Source: Utricularia gibba (Eukaryota; Plantae; Magnoliophyta). From it: a stretch of 64,000 nt of DNA. Location of the stretch: assembly GCA_002189035.1 (NCBI GenBank), contig NEEC01000030.1:310001-374000 (forward strand), in the 5' to 3' direction. Under the pieces are notes generated by a model. The model worked only from the letters and a program-made list of their open reading frames with translations. It was not told where the DNA came from and made no database searches. A program made the translations under genes and the position numbers. This document shows, in pieces, positions 12,510 through 25,048 of the stretch. Each line of letters begins with the position of its first letter. Position 1 is the first letter of the stretch.

Positions 12510-13753
12510 AGAAAACATTCATAGCAGTTTTCGGGATCGATTACAAGGAACGAATGCTTGCTATGTGTTCTAGTCTATGCAAGATCTCAAAATGATTTCA
12601 ATTTTAGTCTAAGGTCGAACTAACAGTAACAGACAAATTCGTGAAGTAAAGTCAAGTTGCAGAGCAGAAAATAACAAGTGGTGGTTCTAAGTACAAGGTA
12701 ATACTAAGATGTCTTAAGTTAATGAAGGTGATGTGGTGCTAAGATACCTAATTTAATTTATCATATTCTTATACTCACAACTCCAAATAACCTAAGTACA
12801 CCCATGTAATTCATCATATTTTCGGCTAATCTAGTTCCTAATATCATCACCAATATTGTAATTAGGTCTACCTGCATAAAAAAGTATATAGAACTAGGTC
12901 TACTCGATTTTACTGATTCTACCCTGCACTAATACGTACTGCTCCTGTCTTGATTTATTGATTTACCTCTAAATCAAGCATCTTAGTTGTGAAGCCACTT
13001 GTTCCCCTCCTTAGGTGTACCTGAGGATTGATCGAAACAAGAACTAAGAGACACAGATCAATTGCATTATTAACCTTAGACCCATATCACCATTCTACAC
13101 CTTAAGGCATCCCTAAAGTTTTAGCTACTAATGTATGGAAAATAAAGCAAGATTTCATAGTCATAAACTGAAGAAAATATTCCCAACATTGTCAAACAAA
13201 CAGCCAACAAAAGTAAAGTTTCAGCAAACTAAGTAAATAAAGTGTTCTGTTTTTCATTTGCTACTGTTTACAACGTGGAATAGTAGCACTGATTGGGTAT
13301 TGGTAGTTTTCTTGAGGCTAGAGAGTCTCCTTCTTCTTCCTTCTGGTTCGGTGTTCGTAGTGTTGGAGGAGCCCTCCCCCCCCCACCTTGTGATTTTCTC
13401 TCCTTCAAAAATTATCTTCTCCTCTCTCATTTTCCAAGGCAAGTACTATCTATGACAACATTGATGCTCCTACCTCTGACTTGTTGACTGCTGCCGTGAT
13501 AGTGCACTCATTGCTCCTTCTTTCATGCTGCCTTTCCTTCTGCAACTTGATGCTTGCACGAAATCCATATTATCTCCCCTGATTTTTGGAAGTTGCTACT
13601 AGACTCAAAACACATTAGTAACATAGAATGAGCTAAATTCAAAGATTTAGCCCATTTGCACACAAAATTCATATATTCACTAAATTACATAAAAATACTT
13701 AAAACTATAAAATAAACAAACAAAACATAATTAAAACTTATAATTTTCATATC
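12510..13753 (-). repeat. Degenerate Athila-type LTR remnant
   Basis: Minus-strand start tgatatgaaaattataagttttaattatg resembles the terminus at 37085; no coding signal; boundaries approximate. Confidence 0.35.
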
Positions 13754-13886
13754 ATAAAAATCGGAAATTTTGTGTACTATCAATGATGATAATTCTACAA
13801 TTACACAAAAATCATTGAAATAATAAATAAAGATCGTTTTCATGACATCTATCTTGATTTTAATGAACAAATCGGCCACACCCCTA

Positions 13887-14720
13887 TTCAAACCAGTTAA
13901 TGGATTATGACAAGGTGAACCTTTATCTCCTTTCCTATTCCTTATAGTAGTTGAGCATCTAAATCTTCTCCTTAGTAGGGTAGTGAGTGTAGCTATGGTA
14001 AAGGGAGTGAGGGTGGGAAAGGAAGGGTGTGATATTTTAATCCTCCAATATGATGATGATATTTTTACCTACACTCAGGATGCTAATAATCTCACTAACA
14101 TCACAATGGTGCTAGAGTATTTCTATCATGTTTCAGGCTGAAGGTGAACTATGGAAATACAAAGCTTGTTAGTGTGATTGTTCCAAATGATGAAGTTAAT
14201 AACATGGTAGAGATGATTGGCTGTTGGTTCATGCCAATCAATTCCATGGGATTACCAATTGGTGAGAGGCTGAATCGTGTGTCTTCATGGAAAAGCTTAT
14301 TGGAGAAAATGAATGAGAAGATCTCAGGTTGGAAACATCACAATGCATCAAAAGGGAGAAAGCTAACTATTTGAAAAGCTATACTAGAAAGCATTCCTCA
14401 ATTTCATTTTTTCTCTATTTCAGGTGCCTAGATTAGTCTGTGCTCAATTACAACAATCTCGGATGCAATATTTTTGAAGGGTGAATCAGTGGGATAAGAG
14501 GAAAATCATATCAGTATCCTAGGGCAAGATGATGCAACCTTATGAGCAAGGACGACTCAACATTACTAGTATATGCATGGCAAATTTGTCCCTCTTAGTA
14601 AAATGGTGTTGGTGGTAGAAAACTTGAGGAGGAGTTTGGAGAAAAATAATCAATCCAATCCATTTAGGCAGGGGAGACGGATTGAACAATCCAATTGGGC
14701 GACGCTTGGACAACATGGTA
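13887..14720 (+). pseudogene. L1 LINE reverse transcriptase fragment
   Basis: GL*QGEPLSPFLFLIVVE, LQYDDD, GLKVNYGNTK, LPIG...WKSLLEKM...KGRKLTI*KAILESIP. Confidence 0.85.
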
Positions 14721-15197
14721 TAGGGTAAGATTGTAGGAGTACGAGATAAAAATGAAAAGTTTCATCCTGAGGTGGACATAAATTCCTGGTTCCACCACAA
14801 ATGGGGGACGAGAGGATGTGAGATTTTGGGAGGATTATGAAGAAGACATATGCTACCAACACATGCTTACAGACAGAAGTTGCAAACCTCTCATAACTCA
14901 CGCATGGATGACGTGCTTAGGATCATGTGCTTGGCATGATCCCTGAAGGTTCGAGAAGTTGGGATATTTTACTTCACTACTTCCTTAGTCATTGCTTATA
15001 AATACTCGAGTCTTGTTACAATCTGTTTGCTAGGCAATTCTGGTTTTATTATTAAGTTTTCTTTCCATTCTCGTGATGCCCAACATCGATTGACTCAGCT
15101 CAATCCCAGAGCATATTCTGATCCGTTAGAGCACCACTCTTGAATTTGTTTATGTTGTGGTGAGTGTGGAGTGAACCTTGAAATCTAACTACCTGAC

Positions 15198-15418
15198 ATG
15201 GATCAACATGAAATGCAATCTCAATATCGTAGCATCAATTCGCTCAATCCGCTAGCAGATTTGCACAGAGCTAATCCACTACAACTGAGTGGCTCTGATC
15301 ACCTGAACGTGTCACTGGTGAACGATATGTTGACAACGCACAACTATTTTGATTGGCGTCAAGGTGTACGACTGGCGCTAAAAGCGAAGAACAAACTCGG
15401 TATTGTATATGGAGGCGT
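15198..15418 (+). mobile_element. Ty1/copia gag N-terminus
   Basis: SDHLNVSLVNDMLTTHNYFDWRQGVRLALKAKNKLGIVYG matches the copia gag SDHPG...NY..W...AL.AKNKLGFIDG pattern. Confidence 0.75.
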
Positions 15419-16985
15419 TAGAATTGGGCACAAATATGGGTTGACCCATTACCTGTATCCACCCAAAATGGTTACGGGATGGGTTGGAGGTGTACGGGTA
15501 TGAGTCGACCTGGCATTTCAGCCCAAATGGGCCTATAATGTAGTCTATCAAGTAGAGTTGGGCTGCTCAATTGTTGGGCTCAATCTCTTTAATGTATATG
15601 AATGTTATAAAGGCCCAATTCACTAGAATATAAATACATGGACTAATAATATGTTTTTCAAATGCTTGTGCCCCTCCCACTTTACATTTTCATGTGTTGT
15701 TCATTGCACATTTAGAAGATTAATTATGCATTATTGAAGGCTTTCAAACCAAAATTGAAGCTGAATCCCTAAAACCCACGTGTTTTGCGGTGTTTGGAGA
15801 CCTTTCAAATTGTATGTGTGTGACTATCCAAAGAGAAATGGAAGCATGTGTATGTGCGGTTAATAGTAACTTATGTAAGGTTTGGAAATCATTTGTTTCT
15901 CCCAATTGTGTTTCAGGTAACCCAATATGGAAGAATCATATCAAAGTATGACACCCTCACATGAGCAATATCCGGAGTGTGATATTGAGGTGTTGGGCGA
16001 TGGGGAAGATGTCTCTTTCACCTCAAACGAGATGCTTCATGTAACAATTGGCATGAACATTTCAACCACGACAAGGAGGGCAAAATGGTATGTTGTAAGT
16101 ATTGCGGTATCGTGTATGATCATGGTAAGAGTGGTTCAACTTCCAATTTCATTCGTCACATTAGAATTAAGCATATAGACAAGACATGTACTTCATTGAG
16201 ACAACCTACCTTGAATTTTGTGCATGGCCATGTTTTGAGCTTTTCATTTGATATTGATGTGCTGAAGTGGATTATGTACTTGTATTGATTGTTAGTGAAA
16301 AGCCTTTTGTAGAAGTACAGAATCCATTTTTTTGACATTTTTATCAATCTAGATTGCAATGTAGATTTGCTCCCGTGTCTAGGAGAAAAGCGATTAGAAT
16401 TGCGTTAAAACAATTCGAAGAAAAAAATCACGTTTGATCTTTGATTTTCAATCTATGAAATGCAAATTTGGTTTAACTTGTGATGGTTGACATGGTATAA
16501 GTGGTGAGAATTATTTAGTTGTAATTGCTTATTGGATTGATTGCAAATGATTTATACAAACGAGAATCCTTGAGTTTATGGATTCTCCACACATAAGGAC
16601 AAAAATTTCTGAATTTGTTACTTCTATATGTATTGAGTATTCAATTGTTGATCGTGTATTTAATATAAATCTTGATAATACCTCCAATAATATTGCTGCG
16701 ACATCCATGCTGAAATCATCTATGAATCCTATTTTAGGTGGGTGTTTCTTTAGGTGATGCATTTGTCATATTTTGAATTTATGTGTATAAGATGCACTGA
16801 ATGTAAATGATATTGAGGCTGTTTTGTCTAGTGTGTGTCGGATAGTTTATCATGTGAAGATGTTTAGCACAAAAGGGCATCTTTTAAGCATTTATGTGAG
16901 TTAAAGAATCTGCCATTCCGAACTCTAAAAATAGATTTACCAACACGATGGAATTCTACATTTTTTATGTTTCACTCTATATTTT
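15419..16985 (+). mobile_element. hAT DNA transposon remnant (5' end, BED finger, partial transposase)
   Basis: tagaattgggcac terminus with acgg/ggg-rich subterminal sequence; CKYCGIVYDHGKSGSTSNFIRHIRIKH (BED finger); LTCDGWT, LDNTSNN, RC..HILNL.V fragments broken by stops. Confidence 0.75.
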
Positions 16986-17002
16986 TATGCTTCAATCCCT
17001 CC

Positions 17003-17247
17003 AGGCACTGCAAATATACCATCGCGGTGCTTGACATTAGAAGGCTTCAATGTCCTCCAGGCACCGCAAACATGACATCAAGAGGCTTCAATGTCCTCCC
17101 GATACCAAAAACATGCCAATGTGGTGTTTGAACATTAGAAGGCTTCAATGTCTTTTAGGCACCACATGCAGGTCATTGTAGTGCGTGGACATCAAAAGGC
17201 TTCTATGTTTTTGGTTCAAGCACCGCAAATTTATTGTTGCGATGCCT
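17003..17247. repeat. Degenerate tandem array (~56 bp period) of a 30-bp dyad alternating with a second palindrome
   Basis: Units start at 17003, 17059 (internally deleted), 17100, 17157 and 17218; e.g. aggcactgca-aatataccat-cgcggtgctt; spacer gacattagaaggcttcaatgtc. Confidence 0.8.
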
Positions 17248-17355
17248 AAACCAGGCAATCTATCTCAATGATCTCCATGCATTATAAATGTAAAGAGGCA
17301 GAATTGCATTACGAATGTGCTACAAAACGAAATCAATGTTTCAATGAAAAATGCA

Positions 17356-19145
17356 TTACAAGTTTGGAAATTTAGAAATAAGTTGCGGATGGTGTCCCTT
17401 CTCTCAAAAAATGCTATGCTTCATTCACGAAAGTTGGCATATTGGAGGCCACTACTAGTCCCTCCAAGAAGTTTCATATCTCACCTCCTTTTGCCAAGGC
17501 AATATCCTCAATATTTTTATGGGTGTATGGCATAAGAAAGATGGCATTATCATGCTGTGGAACATCCAAAGTTACAACTGGTAAGTATGCTGACACAAGA
17601 GTGTAACATATAATATTCAGAGAATTACCATCAGTAACTCGATTCCTAATACACTTGAATGGTGAGTCATCAATAAGTAGTGTATGGTTACTATGATACT
17701 TTCCTTGGAATCCTGCATCTGGATGTCATCAGTGCTCCAACTCTTTTAGCATCACATTCTTTGCATGATTGTTATGAACATCTACATCTATTTCGCTGTT
17801 TTTTGAGGCATCCCATATAAAAGCCAATCTGTTGGCCTCCATAAAGCCAAAGACCCACTTCACTATCCCATCAAGTTGTGCCCTATAAGAGAGTTTCAAC
17901 ATAAGTCACATGTATCAAACAATGAAATATGCAATAAAGTTTATGATGTCAATATTATGCGCCCCGTGATGACCATATCCCCACGTCAAGGTGCTCCATA
18001 CACCATTCAATAAACTATCGGGCATGAGGTTGTAAGAAAACTATAAAAAAAAAAACACAAAGCATTGCATCAGAGCCGTATAATGTATAAACACTGAACA
18101 TATTATCTTCACCTTACCATATCTACCATAGATGACTATGCATAAACACTGAACAGTCTTTGAGATCGACCTCAAAACACAATATCAGCCAACACACCAT
18201 TTACATCTAATACAATCAATTTCCTAGGAGCTTCCACAGCAACGGGTTAGGGGCCACCATAGATCCATCAACTCTCATACCACTCCAATTTTTCACAAAG
18301 TGATATGTTTTCTTCTAGTAGATGACTAACATCTATCTACTAAATCTCTTGATGGACTCGAGTATTGTTACTGGACTCTTCTACAACATCATCATCAATT
18401 TCCTCAACGTGTGCTTGTAGGCATTTACGAGACACCCTAGTTTGACCACATCAAAAGCAACAAGTCCCTATGAAATTGACATATGGTGGCAATATATCAT
18501 TCAAAAATAAACTCTTGTAACCGAAAATATCAAGGAGCGCATCTACTCCTTCACGGGGTATCCTCTCAAACCCTGCGCTAATTTTTAAGTGAGTCAAATA
18601 AATTTTGGATGAGTGTTTTACTTGTGATACAGAAAAAATACCATACCCTTTACCTTTCCGACAGTAGATGAAGACTCAAGTTGTGTGGGAAAATCTAGTT
18701 CTTTCGAAGGGGACACTCACACGAAACTAGTCCACCAATTATTATACCCACTATGCACGTCTTCTACCAATGTTATACTTGGCTTTCCTTTCAATGAGAA
18801 GTGGTTGGTTCTCCAATTTTTCTTACATTTGCTAACTGCAAAAAAAACTAGAAGAGCAAGTACAAGGCGTTCTTTGGCACACACGCTCATGAATGATAAA
18901 ACATATGTGACCAGACAACAAGTTAAATGAGAAAACGGAACTTCTAGGCAATTCACTAATTCAACTAAAAATAGCTCCATGGGCAATCTCAGTCCATGTT
19001 GAAAGTGTTTCGTACTAACCGCAAAACCCAACGGTCCAACCCGCAATGGAAGGTCACCATCATTGGTCTCCTCATCCTCCTTGTCCTATAGGAAGAAGCT
19101 GTCGGGTATTATGACCCACAGCCTCAACTTGTCTGATGTGCGCAT
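17356..19145 (-). pseudogene. TRP28-like + FCP1/NIF-like HAD phosphatase fusion gene, copy A
   Basis: MRTSDKL...FQHGLRLP...HFSLKGKP...WWTSFV; GVDALLDIF; LEWYES*W; RKLIVLDVNGVLADI; FIEWCMEHLDVGIWSSRG; VMLKEL; HTLLIDDSPFKCIRN; PQHDNAIF; multiple stops; colinear with copy B. Confidence 0.75.
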
Positions 19146-19489
19146 CGTCTCGAGTGTGTGTAGTGCTACTTCAAAATTTAAAAAACCACCTAACAAACCT
19201 TTTCTCCAGCTCCTTGCCAACTTGCGCCTTCAACCTTTCTTGGTATGCGTCACAATTCAAGGCAATTATCATAATGATTTACACTCTGTGAAAACGCGTT
19301 TGTAGTGTGTCGAGCGGCGAGTTGTAGTGTGTGTTACCATGGGTGAAAAGTGTGTGTTTTAATTGGGGTGGTGAGGGTTTCAATGAATATATATAATATT
19401 ATTAAATTTTATAAAAAAAAACGGCCGTTCATGCTAACTCTACAATGCTAGCAAGGTCATTGCAAATGCAGATCACTAATGCACAGAGA

Positions 19490-22085
19490 CAAGATACTTG
19501 GTATTGCATAATTTGTAAGAAGGCAGGACACATGGCTAAGAATTGTTTCACCATAAAAGAGCCACCGCCTTGATGGAGGAAAAAATATAGTAAAACCAAC
19601 AATTCTTACCAGCGGTCCCCAAGGCAACATAACCATCAATAATAATATACATATGCTCAGCCCCCACAAGCTTGGGGTACTCTATTCACTCTACCTAGAT
19701 AGTTGGGAACTTATGAGTCATATAAACCTATGGCTTATTGCATGGAGACTTCCATGGATGAATCGTCTCATTTGATTTCCCATGATCATAACCCCACGTA
19801 CTTTGACTATGTGCAGCTCATTCAACGGTAACTTGGCAAGCTCTTGAGTGGGAGTACTCACACACCAGCACCTACCACAGGCAACATATAGTAAATATGA
19901 CTGAGTTGGAGTTCACAGGTACATATTTTGACTCATGCATGGAAAATGACATTTCCACGAATTGTACGTGTAATACTTGGGAGTGGATATTGGATTTTGG
20001 TGCCACAACACACATTGGATACTCGAGTGCCTTTTTTGGCTCTCTACACCTTGCTGTCAACATCCAAGTTCGATTGCCAAATGGACACTCTGTGCCGGTG
20101 AACTACTTTGGTGATATATTCCTCACCGATAGAATTCGATTATTACACACTCTTTGTGCCATAGTTCAAGTTTAACCTTATATCAGTGAAGTGGTTGATC
20201 GATGATGCAGGTATATTGGTTACTTTCTTCAGCCAATATTGTACTTTGAAAGACCGGATTACAAATAAAGTTCTTGCTGTTGGGAGACTCAAGAATGGCC
20301 TATACATTCTGTATAAACGCTCATTCATGTCAGCCCTACTTGACAGTTTTTCTGCATTGCATGGGACAAAGGAGGTAAAGAGTGCTCTCACAAATGTCTT
20401 GCTACCAAAGCTATGCTTCTATGCTGCTAGTTTACAGCCTAATGATGAAAGTCTTTTATGACACTACCATCTTGGCCATGTGTCTGACTCTAAGTCCATG
20501 CATTTGCCCTTTGCTTGTGGATTGAATGGCACTCCCTGTGATGTTTGTTAGTTTGCTAAGTTTCACAATCATTCGTTTTCTTTAAATGCATCCAGAGCAC
20601 CTCATGTCCTCTATCTCATACATTGCGACCTATGGGGACCTTCTAAGTACTTTCTCACGATTGTAGACGATCATACTCGGGTCACTTGGACCTTCTTGGT
20701 CAAGAAGAAGAGCATGGTCAAGGACTAATAGCTGCATTCCTCAGCTATGGGGAAAATCACTATGAGCATACTACCAAGCATATATAGTCTGATCAGGGGG
20801 GGGGGGGGGGGCGAAGGAGTTTTTGAATTCCATGTTTCTGACAGCCCACATGTGCAAGGGCATTCATCATCAGTTTTCGTGCACCCGAAAACCCTAGAAA
20901 AATGTGCGGGTAGAATGGAAGCACAAACACCTGTTAGAAGTGACCTGCATGCTGATGTTCGAAGCCGGCTTACCCAAGGAATTCTAGTGCGAGGCTATCC
21001 TTACTGCAACGTATATCATCAACTGCCTGCCCTCCTTTGTGCTGGAATGGAAAACACCTTTTGAAATTTTGATAAACAAGCCTCCTAACTTTGATCATCT
21101 ACACGTATTTGGCTATCTTGCGTATGCTGGTAATACAAACGAGGACAAGTTGGTGCCTAAAGCATGGAAATATATTTTCCTTGAGCCTCAGGATATGGTC
21201 TCTCGAGATCTAGCCTCATACATTCCTGGGCATAATTTGCCTCAGGCCGATTCTGATCTATCTCCCCACAACAACTCCATGGGCAGTGCTAGGTCTGATA
21301 ATTCAGAGGGTCCTATAGCCCCTGTTTGTAATGAAGACCCTGTGCAGCACAATGTTCCGGACACTAATAATCATATGTTGAGGCACAGTGCTTGCCTATG
21401 TTCCTCACTAATCTATTTACACGACTATTCCACATACCAGATTGATGCTTCGGAGTCTAATGAGCCTTGCTTACTCACAAAGCCCAGGCATTATAAGAAG
21501 GCATCTCAGCATCGTTCTTAGCATGATGCTATGCAGTAGGAGCTGTGTGCTCTCGAGTAGAATCATGCATTGAAATCAAATGCTTGCGATTGTTTGCCTT
21601 TACCCCAAATCAAATGCAGCATCGTTCTTAGCTGGGACATAGTGCCTTTACCCCTCAACAAGCTTGCGATTGTTTGCAAGTGGATCTATAAAATCAAATG
21701 CTTGAAAAATGGACAAATTTTCAGATACAAAGCTCGCCTGGTGGCTAAGGGTTACACACAGGTTGAGGGCATTGACTTTCATGATGTTTTTCTCTTGTTG
21801 CAAAGGCAACCACCATCCGCATCCTCATGGCTCTTGCAGTGCTACATCGGTGGCATCTCCATCAGGTAGATGTCAATAACACCTTTCTCCATGGGTACTT
21901 GGATGAAGAGACCTACATGAACCCCATGAAGGCCTCTCGTGTTGGGTTGGGAACATTTGCTTACTAAGAAAATCCTTATACAGTTTGAAGCAAGCCTCTC
22001 ATCAGTGGAATCTTTGAGATAACAAAGTCCTTCATGGGACAACGAGTCTTGCACCTTTTGATGCATTCCATTTCGTTTTTCATCA
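19490..22085 (+). mobile_element. Ty1/copia internal remnant (gag Zn knuckle, protease, integrase, partial RT)
   Basis: CIICKKAGHMAKNC, WILDFGATTH, GRLKNGLYIL, IHCDLWGP, YFLTIVDDHTRVTW, CKWIYKIK...YKARLVAKGYTQVEGIDF. Confidence 0.85.
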
Positions 22086-22610
22086 ACTGTTGTGTTTTAG
22101 AGTCGAGCATGTGCGTGTGAGTGCTTGCACCTAAGGATTTGTGGTAAAGCCTTACTTGCACAAGTCTTGCACGTGTGACTGTCTTATTATGTTGTTTAGT
22201 ATTTAATTTGAGGTTCGATTCTCTTTTTTCGCAACGTTTTCTTAACTAACGTGCTCTCTAGTACCGCATAACCTTAAAGCCCTCATTTTTCAGGTGGGTT
22301 TAGCCCTCTAAACCCTTAGGTAAAAAGTGTTGTATGTGTTTTTTGTGGTGGTTTAGTAAAACCCAAGGGTTTGTATTGTCCCGAAATAAGCTTGTAGCTG
22401 ATGGTTTCACACAAATACAACTTTTTCGATAATACCCTTCTACTCCATAAGCAAATCCACAACAGTAAATCTGTGTATTTTTTCATCCTCTTCAACACAA
22501 ATCTGTTGGGTTTTTGGAGGTACATGGTGAGTGAGTTCGAATTTTGATATTTCGATGAAAACCCATACTTCAATTTAAGCCAAGAGTTCTTATTTTTTTT
22601 TTTTTCGCAT

Positions 22611-23973
22611 ATGATGGAGTCGGGTGATTTTTTTTTTTTTTTTGAAAATCACAATAGGTTGTGTGTTGCTTATTCAGGCTATTGCAATGCTTTCAAAGAA
22701 GATTATTTTGGCTGCCCTTGTTGCGGCGCATTGCGTTGGTCAACACCTATGCGTTATGCGAATTATGATTGTTATAATGTTGCATTTCTTTTGTACACCC
22801 ACCGATAGGAGAATTCGGTTCTCATAACGAGAAAAGATACCGTGACAAATAGAGTATTTGTCTGCCTTGATATCTTATTCAAGGAGTGCTTGTCTTGAAA
22901 ACTTACGCTTAAGTGCAAATGTCTTCAACAAGTTATGCTATGTTCTTCGAAGTAATGATAGACTAACCACTTCAAGGTATGTTGATGTTCCAGAGCAGGT
23001 TGCATTGTTTTTGGGTATTTTAGGTCATCATAGGAAAACAAGGCAATAAAAATTCGAATTCATGCGAAGTAGCTGGATAGTGTCCAAATATTTCAATGTG
23101 GTATTGTCGGCGATGCTGTCATTGCATCAAAATTTACTTAAGACACCTGTGTCAATTGATGTTTCTGATCCTAATTCTAGCTTCAGATTTTTTGAGGTAT
23201 GCAAGCAGATTTTTCATTGTAGTTCTGTATTCTGCATGCTGTAACTCTCTTGTCTATTTTTTAGAATTGCTTGGGTGCATTGGATGGCTCATATTTCTAG
23301 GTGAAAGTCAAGAATTAGGATAAACCAAAGTGGAGGAATCGTAAAGGAATCGTGTCCACTAATTTGCTAGGAGTGTGTGATGATAAGCTCATGTTCATCT
23401 ATTTGTTGTCCGGGTGGGAGGGATTCGCTGGTGATAGCAGGGTGCTACGAGATGTAGTTTGTTGACAAAGAGCATTCACTATACACAATGGTAAGTGCTT
23501 ACAATGTGTAGAAGTCCATAGTTATGAGTGACTTTCATGCATTCCATTTTTTTGTAGGGCATTATTACTTTTGTGATAATGGCTACACAAACGTAGCGGG
23601 ATTTCTAGCACCCTACAGGGGTGTTCGGTACCATCTGAAAGAGTGGGGTGCTGGGTCCAATGCTCCACAGAATGCGAAGGAATATTTCAACATGCGCATG
23701 CTTCTGCGAGGAATGTTATTGAGAGGGCATGGCGTTTAATGAAAATGAGGTGGGATATTTTACGAAGTTATAGTTTTTATTCGATGAGAAATGCCAACTG
23801 ATCCATGGGAAGAAGTCATTCCGGAAGAGTACCACAATCCGGATTCACAGGACTACGAAGATGATGAACATATTTCCTCCATAGGAAACTTAGAGGAGTG
23901 GACACAGTGGCAGGATTCAATGGCTGAGAGAATGTTTGCGCAATGGAGAGAGACCACACGAAGAAGGGTATAA
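22611..23973 (+). pseudogene. PIF/Harbinger transposase (DDE_Tnp_4-type), with stops and introns
   Basis: CLENLRLS...EQVALFLGILGH; NCLGALDGS; WRNRKG..STNLLGVCD; LLSGWEGFAGDSRVL; HYYFCDNGY...FLAPYRGVRYHLKEW; start coordinate approximate. Confidence 0.88.
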
Positions 23974-24121
23974 AGTGTACTAATAAACACTGATGTTTTA
24001 TTGGTTTGGCTTAAAGACATTTCATTTCATTTTCCAATAGTTGATAAGCATTGCCCTGTGTTGTATTCATATTGTGCAAACACATGAGTTATGCTAGACT
24101 ATTGTCACAACAATGTGATAC

Positions 24122-24436
24122 ATTCATTGGAAACTGGAATTTGCAGTGCTTGGAAAGATAGGATAACTTGAAGGATGCTTTAGGTTTACACACACCGTTC
24201 ACTCATATGTATAGGTGCAACTATTGCATGCTCTACACTATCTCCATGTACATTGGAAGAATTGTGTTCCAGGCACTGCAAATTCCTGCTCTCGGTGTCT
24301 GGATGAAATGCATTCCTAACACCACAAAAACGCCCCTCTCAGTGTCTAGGAGACATGCCTTCCACGCACTATAGAATGCCGCTCTCACCATCTGGAAGAC
24401 ACGTTTTAGGCACTGCAACCTTTGTTCGTGGTGCCT
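24122..24436. repeat. Dyad array 2 (~46 bp period)
   Basis: Units at 24271, ~24317, ~24364 and 24408, plus a half site at 24141-24151; aggcactgca-aattcctgct-ctcggtgtct. Confidence 0.7.
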
Positions 24437-25048
24437 GGAGCAATCATGGGCCGGAATGAATATTAGGCCTCGCTTATCTGGGCCTCATAAGAAACCCTCC
24501 GGCCTAGTCGTCACTTCCCTTCACCACGCACCTAATCGCTGCTCACTGCAGACCAGGGCACACTGTCCTCACCTCAGCCACATGGTCCCTCCACCATTTG
24601 CTTCCCTCAAGAAATGCTTACTTCCAAGAAACTCCAAGTTCGGTTCGCAATTCCAAAGACGTACAATCTATGGGACAAGGCAAGTGATGACACGATTGAC
24701 GGTGAGGTTTTGTCTAGGGTTGGAGTGATCGGATTTTCGGTGTCCACCGAACACTTTCGGTGTGGACTTCGCTTGCCACCACCACCATTCATATGCGAGT
24801 TGCTAGCATGTTTGGAGGTCCCATTGTCCCACCTGACACCCTGCTCAATCGCTCATGTGTTGGCCTTTTTGAGTGTGTGCATGGAAGAACAAATTACTCT
24901 GGCCCTACCAGTTTTTTTTTGCAGTGAGTGTGTGTATTCGAAACTGGAAAACTAATCATTTCTCACTGAAGGGTAAGCCAGGTATTGCACTTGTGAATTC
25001 TATTCGGAGTGGACATGATGCATGGTGGACAAGCTATATTTGGGTGTG

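Noticed and set aside
18196-18207. DVNG as a pseudogene-decay mutation of catalytic DxD
   Set aside because: Both diverged copies share DVNG, and DxN is typical of the C1271.03c-like FCP1 subgroup, so it is probably ancestral; catalytic activity is unknown.
22090-22610. Left TIR of the Harbinger element
   Set aside because: No reverse complement of the 29965-29977 terminus found by eye, so element boundaries remain unproven.
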